Positions 1-12,668 of a stretch of DNA of 64,000 nucleotides are shown in pieces. The position numbers and the translations under genes were made by a program. Under the pieces are notes generated by a model. The model did not search any database, was not told where the DNA came from, and was given only the letters and a program-made list of their open reading frames with translations. Position 1 is the first letter of the stretch. Every line of letters starts with the position of its first letter. This DNA is from Chrysomallon squamiferum. Taxonomy: Eukaryota > Animalia > Mollusca. The stretch spans positions 11,036,001 to 11,100,000 of the forward strand of contig CM022672.1 of the NCBI GenBank assembly GCA_012295275.1, in the 5' to 3' direction.

Positions 1-295
1 GATTATTTCTCTAAACCAGTATGTTTATGATACAATACTGAAATCTCTGTGTCTAACCTTGTTTGGCCTGTACATGACACTAGACTTATACTGAAGGCGG
101 AATCTTTTTATCATTACTTTTACACAGTGTCAATTGTCCAAAACACATCAGTCATAAAGATTAATGATTCTTATAACATTTATGAACCAGAAATTGTGTG
201 ATAAAACACTAATATGTTTTATGAATTCTGTATCCAAATACTGGAAACTGAATTTATATTGAAGACAAAATCATTTATTATTGTTTTTGTTTGTT

Positions 296-540
296 AAAGC
301 TACTTGTCTAAATACTTTTAATCGGTGTGCTGTTACATTTGTGACTTAATGCATATGTATTGTTTTGGCAATATTTTATTGATTATTTTTCTTTTTTTTC
401 CTAGTTAATTGTCTAAATACTTTGGCAATATTTATCATGTTTTCATACATAATTAAGAGAAGTTAATTGTCTAAATGCTTTCACCATATTTTATCATGCC
501 TTTTTTTGTTTCAAGTTAATTGTTTAAACACTTTTGCACT
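296..540. repeat. Degenerate tandem repeat, ~50-60 bp period
   Basis: Recurrent AGTTAATTGTCTAAATACTTT followed by ATATTT(T)ATCATG. Confidence 0.7.
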
Positions 541-3399
541 ATTGTATAAATATAAAAATCCTAATAGAAATCATTAGGCACTTGATGTTTCAGGAAAATT
601 TCAAGTCTGATCTAACCAAACAGCAACTCTGTATGTCTGAGAAATCCATTTACATTTTTCAGCACTTCATATTTTTGTTGTCTTTTTTGTTGTTGTTTTT
701 TTTTTTTTAAATTATTTACTTAATTTGTTAATGGTCATGAAGTGAAGAGTAAACATTTTAAAAACCCAACAAATTTAATTAAATTTTTTAAATGCGACAA
801 TACAAGCACATCTTCTCTCAAATATTTTCACAGAGATTACCAAGCGTTTGCACTCTTCACATTAATATTTAATCGCCATTTTCCATGTGGTTTTTTAAGG
901 AGTTAATTTATTGATCGGCCATTTTGAATTCAATACAGTTTTAAATCACAGTCTTCTCCAAGTCATATTATATTTACAGTTTGATTTTGTGTCAGTCACC
1001 ATTTGTTTTAAGATTTGGTAAATGTTTGTAACTGTTAACAAAAGAAAATTTGATGAAGAAAAAAACCTATTATTTCATTATTTATTCAAACACAAAACAC
1101 TTGGACTCAGCTGTTGTAGATCGAGGATTAAAATTCAGACAGAATGTGAGATCAAATCTCCTCAGAGTCTTGCTGATTGTAATATAATGTTACACATAAC
1201 ATCTGCAAGATTTTTTGGGAAGTTGTAACTGGTACAGCTGAAGGATCACACTTTCATAGTGACCTGTAAAACACAGAACCAAAAATCCCCCCCAAAAACA
1301 GAGAAAGTATGGCAAGTTTAAATTTAATAAAGGAAAATATTACAAGCATATCATTGACTAGATTGGTAATATAATATTCTTAAATGACTCTGTAACAATG
1401 TAATTTGGTTTTATTGTTATTGTTGTTGTTGTTTTTGGTAGTAGTGGTGGTATTAATATTACTACTACTACTACAACTACTGCTCTATTAGTAGTAATAA
1501 ATTGCTATTCTTAATATTATTTTCCTATTTTTTGTTTTTATATTTTAAAAAAATTTCTTTTTCGTGATTTAAGTTTTCTAATCACTGCTCTACCTGCTAT
1601 TTTTGGCTTGTTCTAGCCATTTCTTTTTAAAATGATACCTTTCACATGAACACTGTATTTTGTTATTTTGGTTTCCAATCTATCATTATTAACTTAGACA
1701 GGTTTCTTGTAACTAACTGATAGTTTTCATGCTGTGCTACTTGTTTCAGTTTCTTCAGACACGAAAATGCAACTGTAAACTAACTTTTATTTTCTTCTAT
1801 AATTACAGCATAGGAGCTGAATTGTGCTAAGCCTCTTGTTTTGACTTTTGGAATACAAAAATGCAAGATTTACTTTTTGTTTTGTAATCCTAACCTAACA
1901 GAAGGATCAGGATAAGCAACTTTTTTCTGTTTCTTCAGAAATGAAAATGCGAATATAAGCTAAGTTATATTTCAATAATAATAGCTTAGAAGATGGATAA
2001 TTACTTCTTCATCTTCACATTAACAAAGGGTTTGAAAAATGTTGAAAATTAAAATACATTTAACTACAGACTTAAGATATGCAGTAAGTGTAATACAGCT
2101 GTCATACAAACAAGTATTAAGTAAATGATTATTAAAGCTTCCTTGTTATGTAAGCGTAAATTGATTTTTTTTAAAATAAAATTCTGAGTTATCTTTTTCA
2201 AATATATGTTGATTTTATAATATGTTTACAACAAAACAACAACAAACCCAACCTCCACCTGCAAAAAAAAAAAACAACATAGAACAGTAACGTAAAACAT
2301 TTGACATCATCAATTTAAGTCACTTTAAAAATGAAAAACAAAAACAAAAATTATATGAAAAAAGACAATATGATTCATTTAAAAAAAAAAAAAAAACAAA
2401 AAAACAAACAAAAAAAAATCCCACAGTAATAAAAATAATAATTCAAATAGAATTAAGGAATAAAATACCAGAACCTGTAATTTCTCACTGATGCCTGAAG
2501 AAAACTCGGGAGGAAATGCCTGAAGAAATTCTGCTGTATTACAATTCCACTCATTTCTGGAAAGCATCACACTGAGCTGTCAAAGAAGAGCTTGGGTTTG
2601 TGTAATAAGATGATTAGTTTCCTGCTTTCAAGATAAAGTTTCAGGAAGCAGCATCTTTTAAAAGCAATTAACCGATTCAGAGGATGGTGTGTGGGTGTCG
2701 AGGGAATTACTCGTAACAGAAGATAAAGAATGTTTTACAATTAAACAGAAAATTACACTTTTTTTAACAGTAAAACAAAAATTTCTGATTTTTCTTTTTA
2801 TTTATTCTTGAATTTAAATGCAAATGAAATTTATTTTAATTTTTTTTTTTTTTTTAATGTTAATGAGAAAGCTGAGATAGTAATTAAATTATTGATTTAT
2901 TTTCATCAAGGTTAAGCTCTAACTATGTTATTATTATGTTTTCCTATGTTCAGTTTCATTAACAAATAAAATTTTATGTGTATCTGTAAGTAGGTGAGAA
3001 GGTATGTTGATAAGTTGCTATATGTGCACATATACATGTGTGTGTTTTCCCCCCTCATGCTGAAGTAATATATGTAAAGAAAATGTAAAGAAAATACATT
3101 GTTCACTTATTCTGTTTCCTTCAATTTTGAGTTTTCACTAACACACTTAATACCTATGCTGGTTGAAAACCCTTTTATAAACAAGTATATCAAGGTCAAA
3201 CATTTCTAAATGAAATAAGCCAGCAAATAAAATCTGAATCATCACATTACTAACAGAATAATACTTCATATTACTTTCATAACCAAGTAAACATCCTGTG
3301 TTATTAAGTTACTAATCTTATAACATTTTGCCTTATTAGTTTAGTAACATGTTAAAAGGTGTGCCAAGAGATAATTCCTTGATGCAAGTGAGTTTTAAG

Positions 3400-3665
3400 C
3401 TTGCTGTGTAGATGGCTTTAAGGCACGGCATATCTCAGGATCAATTCTTGACTCTGTACACAGTATTTCCCAGAATGGAAAGTGTCCCAAAAATGACATA
3501 TCAAAATGTTTTCGAGAATTTGATTTATTTCCTTTATGGATACTACCAATATTAATGGCAGAAGGATAAGTTTTTTTTTTCTGTATATGTGAGTGAATAT
3601 ATCAAAGCCCTTGTTGCTAATCCAAATATCAGCCATGAATTGTTGGCAGTGGATTTCCTTTTACA
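3400..3665 (+). mobile_element. Degenerate SINE copy
   Basis: CAGGATCAATTC near the 5' part and CCCTTGTTGCTAATC...GCCATGAA...GGCAGTGGATTTCCT at the core. Confidence 0.45.
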
Positions 3666-5027
3666 TGCCATCATTTATGAAATGAAAAAAAACGAAAAAA
3701 ACAATAATAATAATAATAATAACTATTAATTAAAATGCTTTGAAATGATATTAAATATTTATTTATTTGTTCATGAATTCCAGTTTAAAGATATAATAAT
3801 AATAAAGAAATATTCTTGGTTATATTAAGTTGAAATCTACAAAAATTTAAATAAATACAATAACAGAACACAAGAAAATAACAACTTTTGATTTATTTTT
3901 TAAAATTTCTTGGAGCAGTAACAACATATTATATACATTCATAAATATGTACAATTAAATATGTAAAACACACACGTAAAAGGAATTTAGTAGTTAAAAT
4001 AATTAAAATTTGTAGATTCAGTTGGTTACTATGATTATATAAACACTGCAATTATAAATAATGAGTAAATAATAAAATAATAATAAGTAGTAATAGTAGT
4101 AGTTGTAGTATAACAGTAGTCACAGCAAAAGTAGTCATATTAGTATAAGTCATTGTCACTGTTGCTGTAATATTACAAAATTATTATAAAAACAAAACAA
4201 AACATAATGCCCTGAAGTTTACAATACAAGTAGCTTAATAAACAAAACTGGCAAAGTAGATGTTTTAAACCATACTTTCATCAGAGAATTGATTGGACTT
4301 ACCAATATTTATATTTTTCAAAAATTTTATAATAATAATAATAATAATAAAAAAAGTAACATAAAATAAAAACAAATAGTAATAATAGAAGTAACAAAAA
4401 TTAAAACAAATTATAATAATAATAATAAATAAAATTTGAAAAAACCGATATATACTAGTAAGTATTATGTACAATTTCTAGAACATTTGTACAATCTTTA
4501 AATAAAAAAAATAATAAATTATGTATACATATAAAACAATAATAAAAATAAAAATAAATAAATAAAAAATGAAAATCCTTGTTTATCTCTAACTCAGTGA
4601 AGCCAAAATCTACCTAACAACAATCAGCAGTGTCCAGTTTACTACTCATCCAGATAACTGCTGACATTATTTGGTGCCATTCAACCCCTCCTTCACACAA
4701 TAAACTCTTAATTCTAATTAATACAAGCTGATTTTCATTTGAGAAGACTGAACGAAATAGTATTGATCTTGATGAGGTTAATTACGAAGGACAAGTAACT
4801 GAAGATCCCATCAGTTTTATACTGGTCTTCTCAGTGCCTCGTACATATTAAGAAAATTGGTGCTGTGTCATTCAAATGTCAGTGTGAAGTCTTAGGGAGT
4901 ATCAACAGTTTTCTGTTAAATAAAGTTAAATGTTTCATCTTGGGTGATTTGGTGTTAAACATGTATTTTAAAGAATAATAATAAAAATACTGTATGTATG
5001 TAAGTATTAAAGTGTAGTTATAGTGTA

Positions 5028-5031
<4 letters not shown>

Positions 5032-5077
<46 letters not shown>
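5032..5077. repeat. (TG)n microsatellite
   Basis: Direct reading. Confidence 0.97.
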
Positions 5078-5080
<3 letters not shown>

Positions 5081-6084
5081 ACATAAAAGCATTTGTACCT
5101 ACGTATCTGAACAAATTTATTATTTGAAAAATTAAAAACTAAAGCTCAACACTTTTAGCAGATGTTTAACATCTGTCATCATTATATAAAATGCATTGCA
5201 ATTTATACAAAAGCTTTTTTGAAATTTAATAACTATGGTATTTAGATTTAATAATAATTAATATATTTTCATTAATTAATATATTAAGTGGCAATAATAA
5301 TAATAATTAAAAAGAATAATAACAACAACAAAAACAACATTAAAGACAATATCGGCAAGCCAATGTTTTATAAAAACATTGAATTATAACTGTAAACTAA
5401 AGCAACATTAGCATGAATTTGTATCTTTTGGAATTATTATACTTAGTAAATAAAACAAAAATATAAACGATTAATTGAAATGTATATGTCCTGGACTATC
5501 ACTATACTGAATAAAATAAAAAAATTAAAAATATATAGAACACGTGTATGTCATCATTATCAATTGTTTTGTATAAAAAAATTGTTGGTGTTGCTATTAG
5601 CTGGTTGCTTAATAATTTAATAATAATAACAGTAGTAGTAGTAGCACAACCATAATAGTAGTTGCAGTGGTAGTTGTAATAATAAAACATTTGCAGTAGT
5701 AGTAGTTATGATAATGACTACTGCTACAACTACTACTACTACTACTACTATTTCATTAGTTAATTTAACTTGCTGAATGAACCATAAATATAAATAAATA
5801 ATAAATATACAAGAAATGGACATCACTGTTCCAACTTAAAGCACTGTTATTAAATAAACTTCATAACCTAAATAAATATAAAACATTCAATACTGCATCA
5901 TATAATATTCACACGTATCTTTATTAACTTACTTTTAAAGACTAATATATACTGTCAACTGTTAAAACTGGTAATAAATACTGTAAGCATAATGTATGTA
6001 TCAAAGTTGATGAGAATGTTTAATGCTGGTATGCTGTATAGTATAAAAGTTTTTCTCCTTGTTACCCCATATAAAAGTTCACAT

Positions 6085-6530
6085 TAGAATGAGAGTAAAT
6101 GTCTGTACCTTTATGCATGTTGTAAGAAATATATGGTGTACTGTATAGAAGTCTCTATCTGTATGTGTATTCTTGTGCAAGCCCATATCTGTATGTATAA
6201 CAGTGTGTGCATGTCCATTAAAGTATGTGCATTGTAGTATAAAAGTCCATACCCATGAGTACTGAGCTGTGAAGAGGTCCATAACTGTATGTGCATTTTA
6301 TTGTTTACCAGTAACTGTATTGTACCATACACGTTTAAACCTGTATATGTGCTGTGCACTATATTATGTACAAGTCCATTCATGTATCTCTATACCTGTA
6401 TTGAATAAGTGTACATATCTGTACATGAGTATGTATTGCACTATGTTCTAGTCCATTCTATACCATAGCATCATACCATGAACACAACCATATAAGTAAT
6501 TGTACTGTACTGAAAACAAGTCCATTACCA
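6085..6530. repeat. Highly degenerate minisatellite
   Basis: Recurrent GTCCAT(A/T)...TGTAT.TG(T/C)ACTG units at a short period. They explain the three overlapping spurious ORFs here. Confidence 0.55.
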
Positions 6531-7138
6531 ATATATATATAGTTTACGAGTCCTGAGCAATATGTACATTATTCAGCATACAAGTTGTAATCTATGTAAA
6601 TATTTTTTTTAAATACGATGCATGTATCCACATCAGAAAGTGTAGTAAGCTAAGCTTATATTCACATCCATTTAATATCAATTAGAAGTAAAGCCAACAT
6701 TTAAAATATGTGTATAACAAAATAAAAAAAAATAAAAATAAAGGTTAATAAATACCAACATTACAACCCAAATAAATACTCTTTCAAATACTCAGTGAAT
6801 ATTTTGTTATCCAAGCAGGCCTGTCGAATGAACTATCCAAGAATTTGGTACAGAAAGCTGGACTAAAATTTATAAAAGCTTTTTAATTAGTTGTTTACTG
6901 GATGGTATAGTCAGGCTCAGGCTGCATTCACTAATGATTTGGTGACTTTGCTGTATTCAAAGGCACTCCTTGCCAACTGTAGATGTAGCAAGCAACTGAA
7001 AGGTTTCATTCCATTAGAACAGTTTCTACTAGAAAAGTCTGAGAATTATTTAGCTACCAGTTAGGTTAAAAAAAAAAAAAGGTTTTGTGAATACCAGTCA
7101 TTAAATTTGGATATTTTGTTGTCATCATCTTTTCTGAA

Positions 7139-7178
<40 letters not shown>

Positions 7179-8229
7179 AGAAAGTTTTATATTACCCACT
7201 TGTGAAAGAACAAAAGAACTATATAAAAATTTGTTTGATTGCGGTATTTTAATTGGCCAAAAAATAAGGAACTACTTGATCAGTTCTCTTAAGTGCATTC
7301 TTTGAAATGTTTCCCATTCCAGCAATGGCCTAGTTGTCTGCTTTCCTCCATTTTGGAAAGCATTTAAGATTTATTATTATTATTGTTATTATTATTTATT
7401 TATTTTTTTATTTTTTTTTTTTTTTTTTGTTGAAAATTAAAAAATTTTGCAATTATTTTCTATTTAATTTCTCAAGAATGTATATAAAAAACATCTTTGG
7501 AAGATTAAATACTATTGATACTACATCAGGTATTTCCTACTATTACCAAATTCAGTATGAACATATTCAGATACTATGTTAAGAAACGGACCTTGTTTAC
7601 CAAACGTCACATCCCAGTAATAAATGGCAAATATTTAAATGAGAATCTGCCAAATTCATGCATATTGTTTCATTAAACAGTCTCAGCACACATAACTTGA
7701 CAACACAAAAAAAAAGTCTTTAACAGCACCAGCAGCATGACAATTCACCAATAATACTAAGGAACTAATGATGCCACGAGGAAATAGTTAGCAAGAAGTA
7801 ATGACAGCTATTTTCACAATGTTTAGACAAAGGTCAGAGAAAGTCACATCTTTATCAACTCTGAGAGATTAAGGACACTGGCAATCATGTGATGAATACG
7901 TTGTCATGAATGCCAGTGGAAGTTTTTCACAGTGAGAAATGTTGGAAATTAAAAGTCCCTTAAGAAAATATTCAGCATACTGGTTTTATTTCAAGCATTT
8001 TATAGATGGCTGGAAAATGATTTGAAGAAATACATTTCTCCTGCATCACCTATTCCTGACAAGCTGGTTATGTTCTGTCATTTTTGGACAAAATGAAAAA
8101 CATTTAAATTTTTTTTTAATTAAACATACTTTTATTTCTTCTCCTGCCAAACTTACTCTGCTTTGGTGTTTCTGAACATTTAAAAGAAAAATAACAATAA
8201 GAACAAAAATCCATTTTTACTTCCTCCAT

Positions 8230-8266
<37 letters not shown>

Positions 8267-8815
8267 CTGATTATATTCTATCATTTGTATTAATAATTTT
8301 TCTCTCTACATCCATTTTTCTAACCACTTACTAAGCTGACGAAATGAAGCCATTTTTTGAGACCAAAAATATAATTTAAATAACTTTTTTCTCTCCTGTA
8401 TCAATCTTCTTTTTCTATCCAGTGTAAATACAGGTTGTTTTTGTTCAGCCATTTCATGGAAATTATGTAAATATATATACTTTTTATTTTCAGTATTTAT
8501 TCCACATTCACTACCACCTTCCTATTTGTGTTTTTCTAGACAGCTGAGAAATTATTTAAATTCAGAATAAAATTAATTTAGTAAAATATTTTTCTTCGTA
8601 ACCTTCATAATCATTCTTGTTCTATTCTAACATTAGTATTTCCCTGCCCTACTACCTCCCTACCAAGTCAGTTCCATCTGGTCTTTCTGTCTCATTAAGA
8701 AAAGACATCCAACTACTATATGCATTGTCATAACTGTCAGACTCTCACACTCATCTTGCCAATTAGAAGGCTAAAAATGTCACACAAACACACACGTGTG
8801 CAGACCAGTTGTTTT

Positions 8816-8962
8816 CTACTGCGAAGGTGGTATGTCTGTCTGATTAGAAGACGTTGACTCCTCTTGGTAGTCGAGGATAATTCTGTTTGCTTGTCGCATA
8901 TACTGCTGCTGTTTGTAGTAGATTTTTAACACTCCTTTGATGGCAATAAAAGCAATTCCACC
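8816..8962 (-). CDS. MARCHF5: MARCHF5 exon 6, coding part (fourth TM segment, C-terminus, TAG)
   Basis: Acceptor ctttgcag. Translates GGIAFIAIKGVLKIYYKQQQYMRQANRIILDYQEESTSSNQTDIPPSQ, with stop TAG at 8818-8816. Confidence 0.96.
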   Translation of the reverse strand, partial: GGIAFIAIKGVLKIYYKQQQYMRQANRIILDYQEESTSSNQTDIPPSQ

Positions 8963-10244
8963 CTGCAAAGGACAAAAAAAGTAGAGGCTACAAAATTAAA
9001 ACACCAACAGAGAGAGGTATGTATTTAAAAATTATTTCAACTGGAGTCTTAAAACACCTTTTGATGGAAGAACAATAACCAGTACAACACATTAACAGAT
9101 TTGTTAAATAGTTTTTAAAAATAGAAATAACTATCCATCCTGAATTAACAATACATAACCAAAACAATGAAAACTATCCCATTCAATAAAAACATGAAAT
9201 TATAAGGAAGCAATAACAAAATTAACACATTTTGTCATTACATAAATAATATACCATGATAAAGTTCACACAAAAATAAATAATTATGTTTAAATTTAGC
9301 AGATCATTTTTGGTTAATCTACTTATTAATGTGTGAAAACAAAGCAATTTTACTTTTCTGATTTTATATAGAAAAAAAACCCAGTTAAGTAGACAAAAAA
9401 TAATTAAAATAATAGTAAAATCGAATAAAATGAAACTCTTCAGTGAGTGATATTTACAAATTAATAACTGATATAGTTTTTAAACTGTTCAAACTTAGGT
9501 GCTGTGTAATGAAATGAGAGAAGCCAATTCACACAATTTTGGTTTTTGCATCATCTAACACAATGGCCCATCCTTCAAAGAAGCTGTGTTTAAATATTTG
9601 TTTTAATGTTGTAGTAAAACCAGGAGGGTTTTTTTTTTGAAAACAGCATGTGTGTTTAGCTAGTTTTATGGGTTTCAATTATGTAAACAGGACAAATAAA
9701 AGCGAGTTGTGTGAAAAATGTCTGCTGATTCGGTATTAACAGAGGTAAATAATGGATGTGATTTTCATATAACGACAGGCATTAAAAACATTAGTGTGTG
9801 GGGGTGTGGGGGTGTGTGGTACATGTGCATAAAGATTGAAAAAAAAGCAGCATTACAAATATTAGTGTTGGATTCTTCTACACATGTGATTAAACGTGCT
9901 TGAAAATGTGAAAAATGTGCACTGCATGTTTACATGCAGGCATGTCTATGTGTATAAATATAATAAATGTTAAATAATGATGAATATCATTAATGTTAAA
10001 TAAGATATTTCGTGTGTGTAGCTGCATAAATAATAATAATAATTTCAATATAAGAATAAAATAAAATACAAACAAAACTAATCACAATTTTAATTCTAAT
10101 GAATGTTTTTTCCCCCCAAATGTTTTATTTTATTTACTTTTATCATTTTTTTCACTCTGCAAACATTTTAATCAGTATAAATGTATATTTAATAAAACAG
10201 ACTTTATCCAGGTCAATAATTCTTCCACTGCTTTCATCACTTAC

Positions 10245-10408
10245 CAGCAATGTTCTTTGGAAGTTTGACTGTACATTTCCAAACATAAGCTTTCCGACAA
10301 TGGTCGCTATAGTTGGCAGTATTAAAGCTCCACACAAGACCCTTGTGGCCGAGATTGGGTCAGAAAGAGGAACAGTCTCTGCTGGAATTCTTGAAAGTCG
10401 AGAACATT
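10245..10408 (-). CDS. MARCHF5: MARCHF5 exon 5 (third TM segment)
   Basis: Acceptor ttatttcag, donor gtaagt, phase 1 matches exon 4. Translates ECSRLSRIPAETVPLSDPISATRVLCGALILPTIATIVGKLMFGNVQSNFQRTLL. Confidence 0.96.
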
Positions 10409-10649
10409 CTGAAATAACAAAAATCAGCTGTGTTTACTTTGTAATTAAAATCAGTTACTAATAAGCTGGAACCAGTTAATAACCTATGATTTAATAAAAC
10501 AGAAAAATCTGTAAATATATTTACCGAACGAATGAGTATTTGTTTAATATATTCTGACACGTTATGTTCTTATTAAAGTTATTATCTAGTTATTAAAAAT
10601 AATAATAATAATAATAATATAAAAAATTGGGTTATATTAAAAGGGTAAA

Positions 10650-10850
10650 ACCACCATAATATGGGCTACCATTATTGCAAAAACAACTTTTATAAATTGC
10701 TATATTCACTGTCCTGTAATGTATTACAAAGCCTTTGATTAATAGGTCTGGGGCACTGGGTGGAATGAGAAATAGCCCAGAGAATTTATCTGGTGATCAG
10801 TCATGTGCCACAATCACGGAGATGTAACACATTTACCTGAAACCATTTAC
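10650..10850 (-). mobile_element. Degenerate SINE copy
   Basis: ATGGGCTAC...GCCTTTGAT...GGGCACTGGGTGGAATGAGAAATAGCCCA is collinear with the 30.0-30.1 kb copy. Confidence 0.55.
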
Positions 10851-11162
10851 TAGCAACAGCTGCTTGATAATACAGAGATACACTATTACATACCTTGATG
10901 AAAGAGTGTCCGTTTTACTATACATTTTTATAATACAAGTTATTATCAGAAGTATAGTTTCACAGCATAAACACTCCCACCATTTAGGGCTAATTATACT
11001 GATCATGCATTATTATATATTTTTTGAAGTGGAATACATACATGAAGACCTTTAAAATAATAGTTGTGGCAAACTGGCTGGAATGGAGAAAAACATCTTC
11101 AAATAGGCCAACAAAAGAGTGAGCCAATTTTTGTTGATGACTGCAACAAATGATGCAGTGAG

Positions 11163-11520
11163 AGATAGTTATTAAACAGAATATGTCATGAAAGACTTCT
11201 TCAATCTAACTAAAAAAAAAAGCTATGGAAAAAGGTTATTAAGCAAAAGATACCAAGGACATTATTAAATAAAAGATGCTATGAAAGACCTCTATCTAGC
11301 AAAAGATGCTACGAAAGACAGCTACTTAACAAAACAAAAAAGAAAGCTACTAAGACAGCTATTAAAAGATGCTTTGGAAGACAGCTGTTAAGCAAAAGAT
11401 TCTTTAAAAAATGGCTATCAAAACAAAATACATCATGAAAGTTGGCCACTAAGCAAAAGATCTCATGTAAGATGGCTGTTAAACAAATGATACCATAAAA
11501 GATGGCCATTAAACTAAAAT
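11163..11520. repeat. Degenerate 30-bp minisatellite
   Basis: Roughly a dozen units resembling GATGGCTATTAAGCAAAAGATGCTATGAAA. Confidence 0.8.
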
Positions 11521-12545
11521 TCCACTTAATAACAAAGCTAAACTCAAGTCAGAAGGAAAATAAAGAAAAAAAATCTCCATTTACTGTTGCCATGGCATAT
11601 TTCTATATCATTATCAGATATTTAATATGAAAGTCTGCTGCATGCCAGGAAAAAGGTAAATACCTACATGCTGTACATGTCTTTCATCTACCTGTACATT
11701 AAGGTAAGAGCAAATCAGATGGTTCTAATATTATCATAAACAATGGACACCTCATCAGGTAAAATGTCAGTAGCCTGTACAAGTCAAGATGAGTTAGTAG
11801 TAAGCAACAGTTCTCTTCAACACTTGATGATTTGGAGGTGGGGGGAAGTAAAAAGGAATGCGATATGTGAACAGCAGGGAAATAAAATGTTTTTCAGTGA
11901 AAAGAAAGAATGTATTCAAAATAAATAAATAAATAAAAATAAATAAAAATAGTAGTAATAATAATGATAATGATACATTTGGAGATTTGTAGCAAAGAAT
12001 TTCAAAAACAAAAATCCAGTCAATCTATGAAATAAACAAATAAATAAATAAATAAATTAATAATAATGACGATGATGATAAGAATGATAATAATGATAAT
12101 AATGATAAAATTAAAGAAAATTATTATTATTAGTATTAAAAAATAATCATTCTAAAGCAAAATAAAACCAGCTGTATTTTTAGCTTACTTTCAGTTCTAT
12201 CAGCTTTTGAGCAAACCAAGCTAGGAACATAATCAGGGGAATGTAAACTCTACTGAAATTAAAACTCTGGCACTTCCACACTTGTTTAGTTCTGCCCAAA
12301 ACAAATCAGAATGACAAAACTATGTTTACAAACAAATGCAATGGATTTATACTTGGCAAAAAAAGAAGAAAAAAAAGAGAAAAAGAATTAACTTCCGAAG
12401 TACCTTCAGTGGTTTTGACTTTCCCTGTACTTATAGTGATAATACTGGAGATCACAACACACTTAGTTATAACAGAATATCTGGTGTATTGCATCATAGT
12501 TTCATCAGTCTAGCATAAAACCTGTGTATTATCTACTTCTACAGT

Positions 12546-12668
12546 AGTTCAAATATTTGATGCAAGATGGTGGTATACCCACCTAGTTTAGTTCAAATAT
12601 TTGATGCAAGATGATGATACCTACCTACCACAGTTCAAATATTTGATTTAAGATGGTGATACCCACCT
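12546..12668. repeat. Three tandem copies of a ~43-bp unit
   Basis: AGTTCAAATATTTGATGCAAGATGRTGATACCYACCT repeated three times. Confidence 0.9.

Noticed and set aside
10099-10461. 120-aa plus-strand ORF
   Set aside because: Antisense shadow of MARCHF5 exon 5.
10825-10845. Recursive splice site (tttcag|gtaaat on minus strand), and a similar one near 49155
   Set aside because: Weak polypyrimidine tract and non-consensus donor. The first is only about 430 bp from the real acceptor and lies in a SINE remnant.
12546-12668. CRISPR-like array
   Set aside because: Units are contiguous tandem copies without unique spacers, the context is eukaryotic and there are no cas genes.
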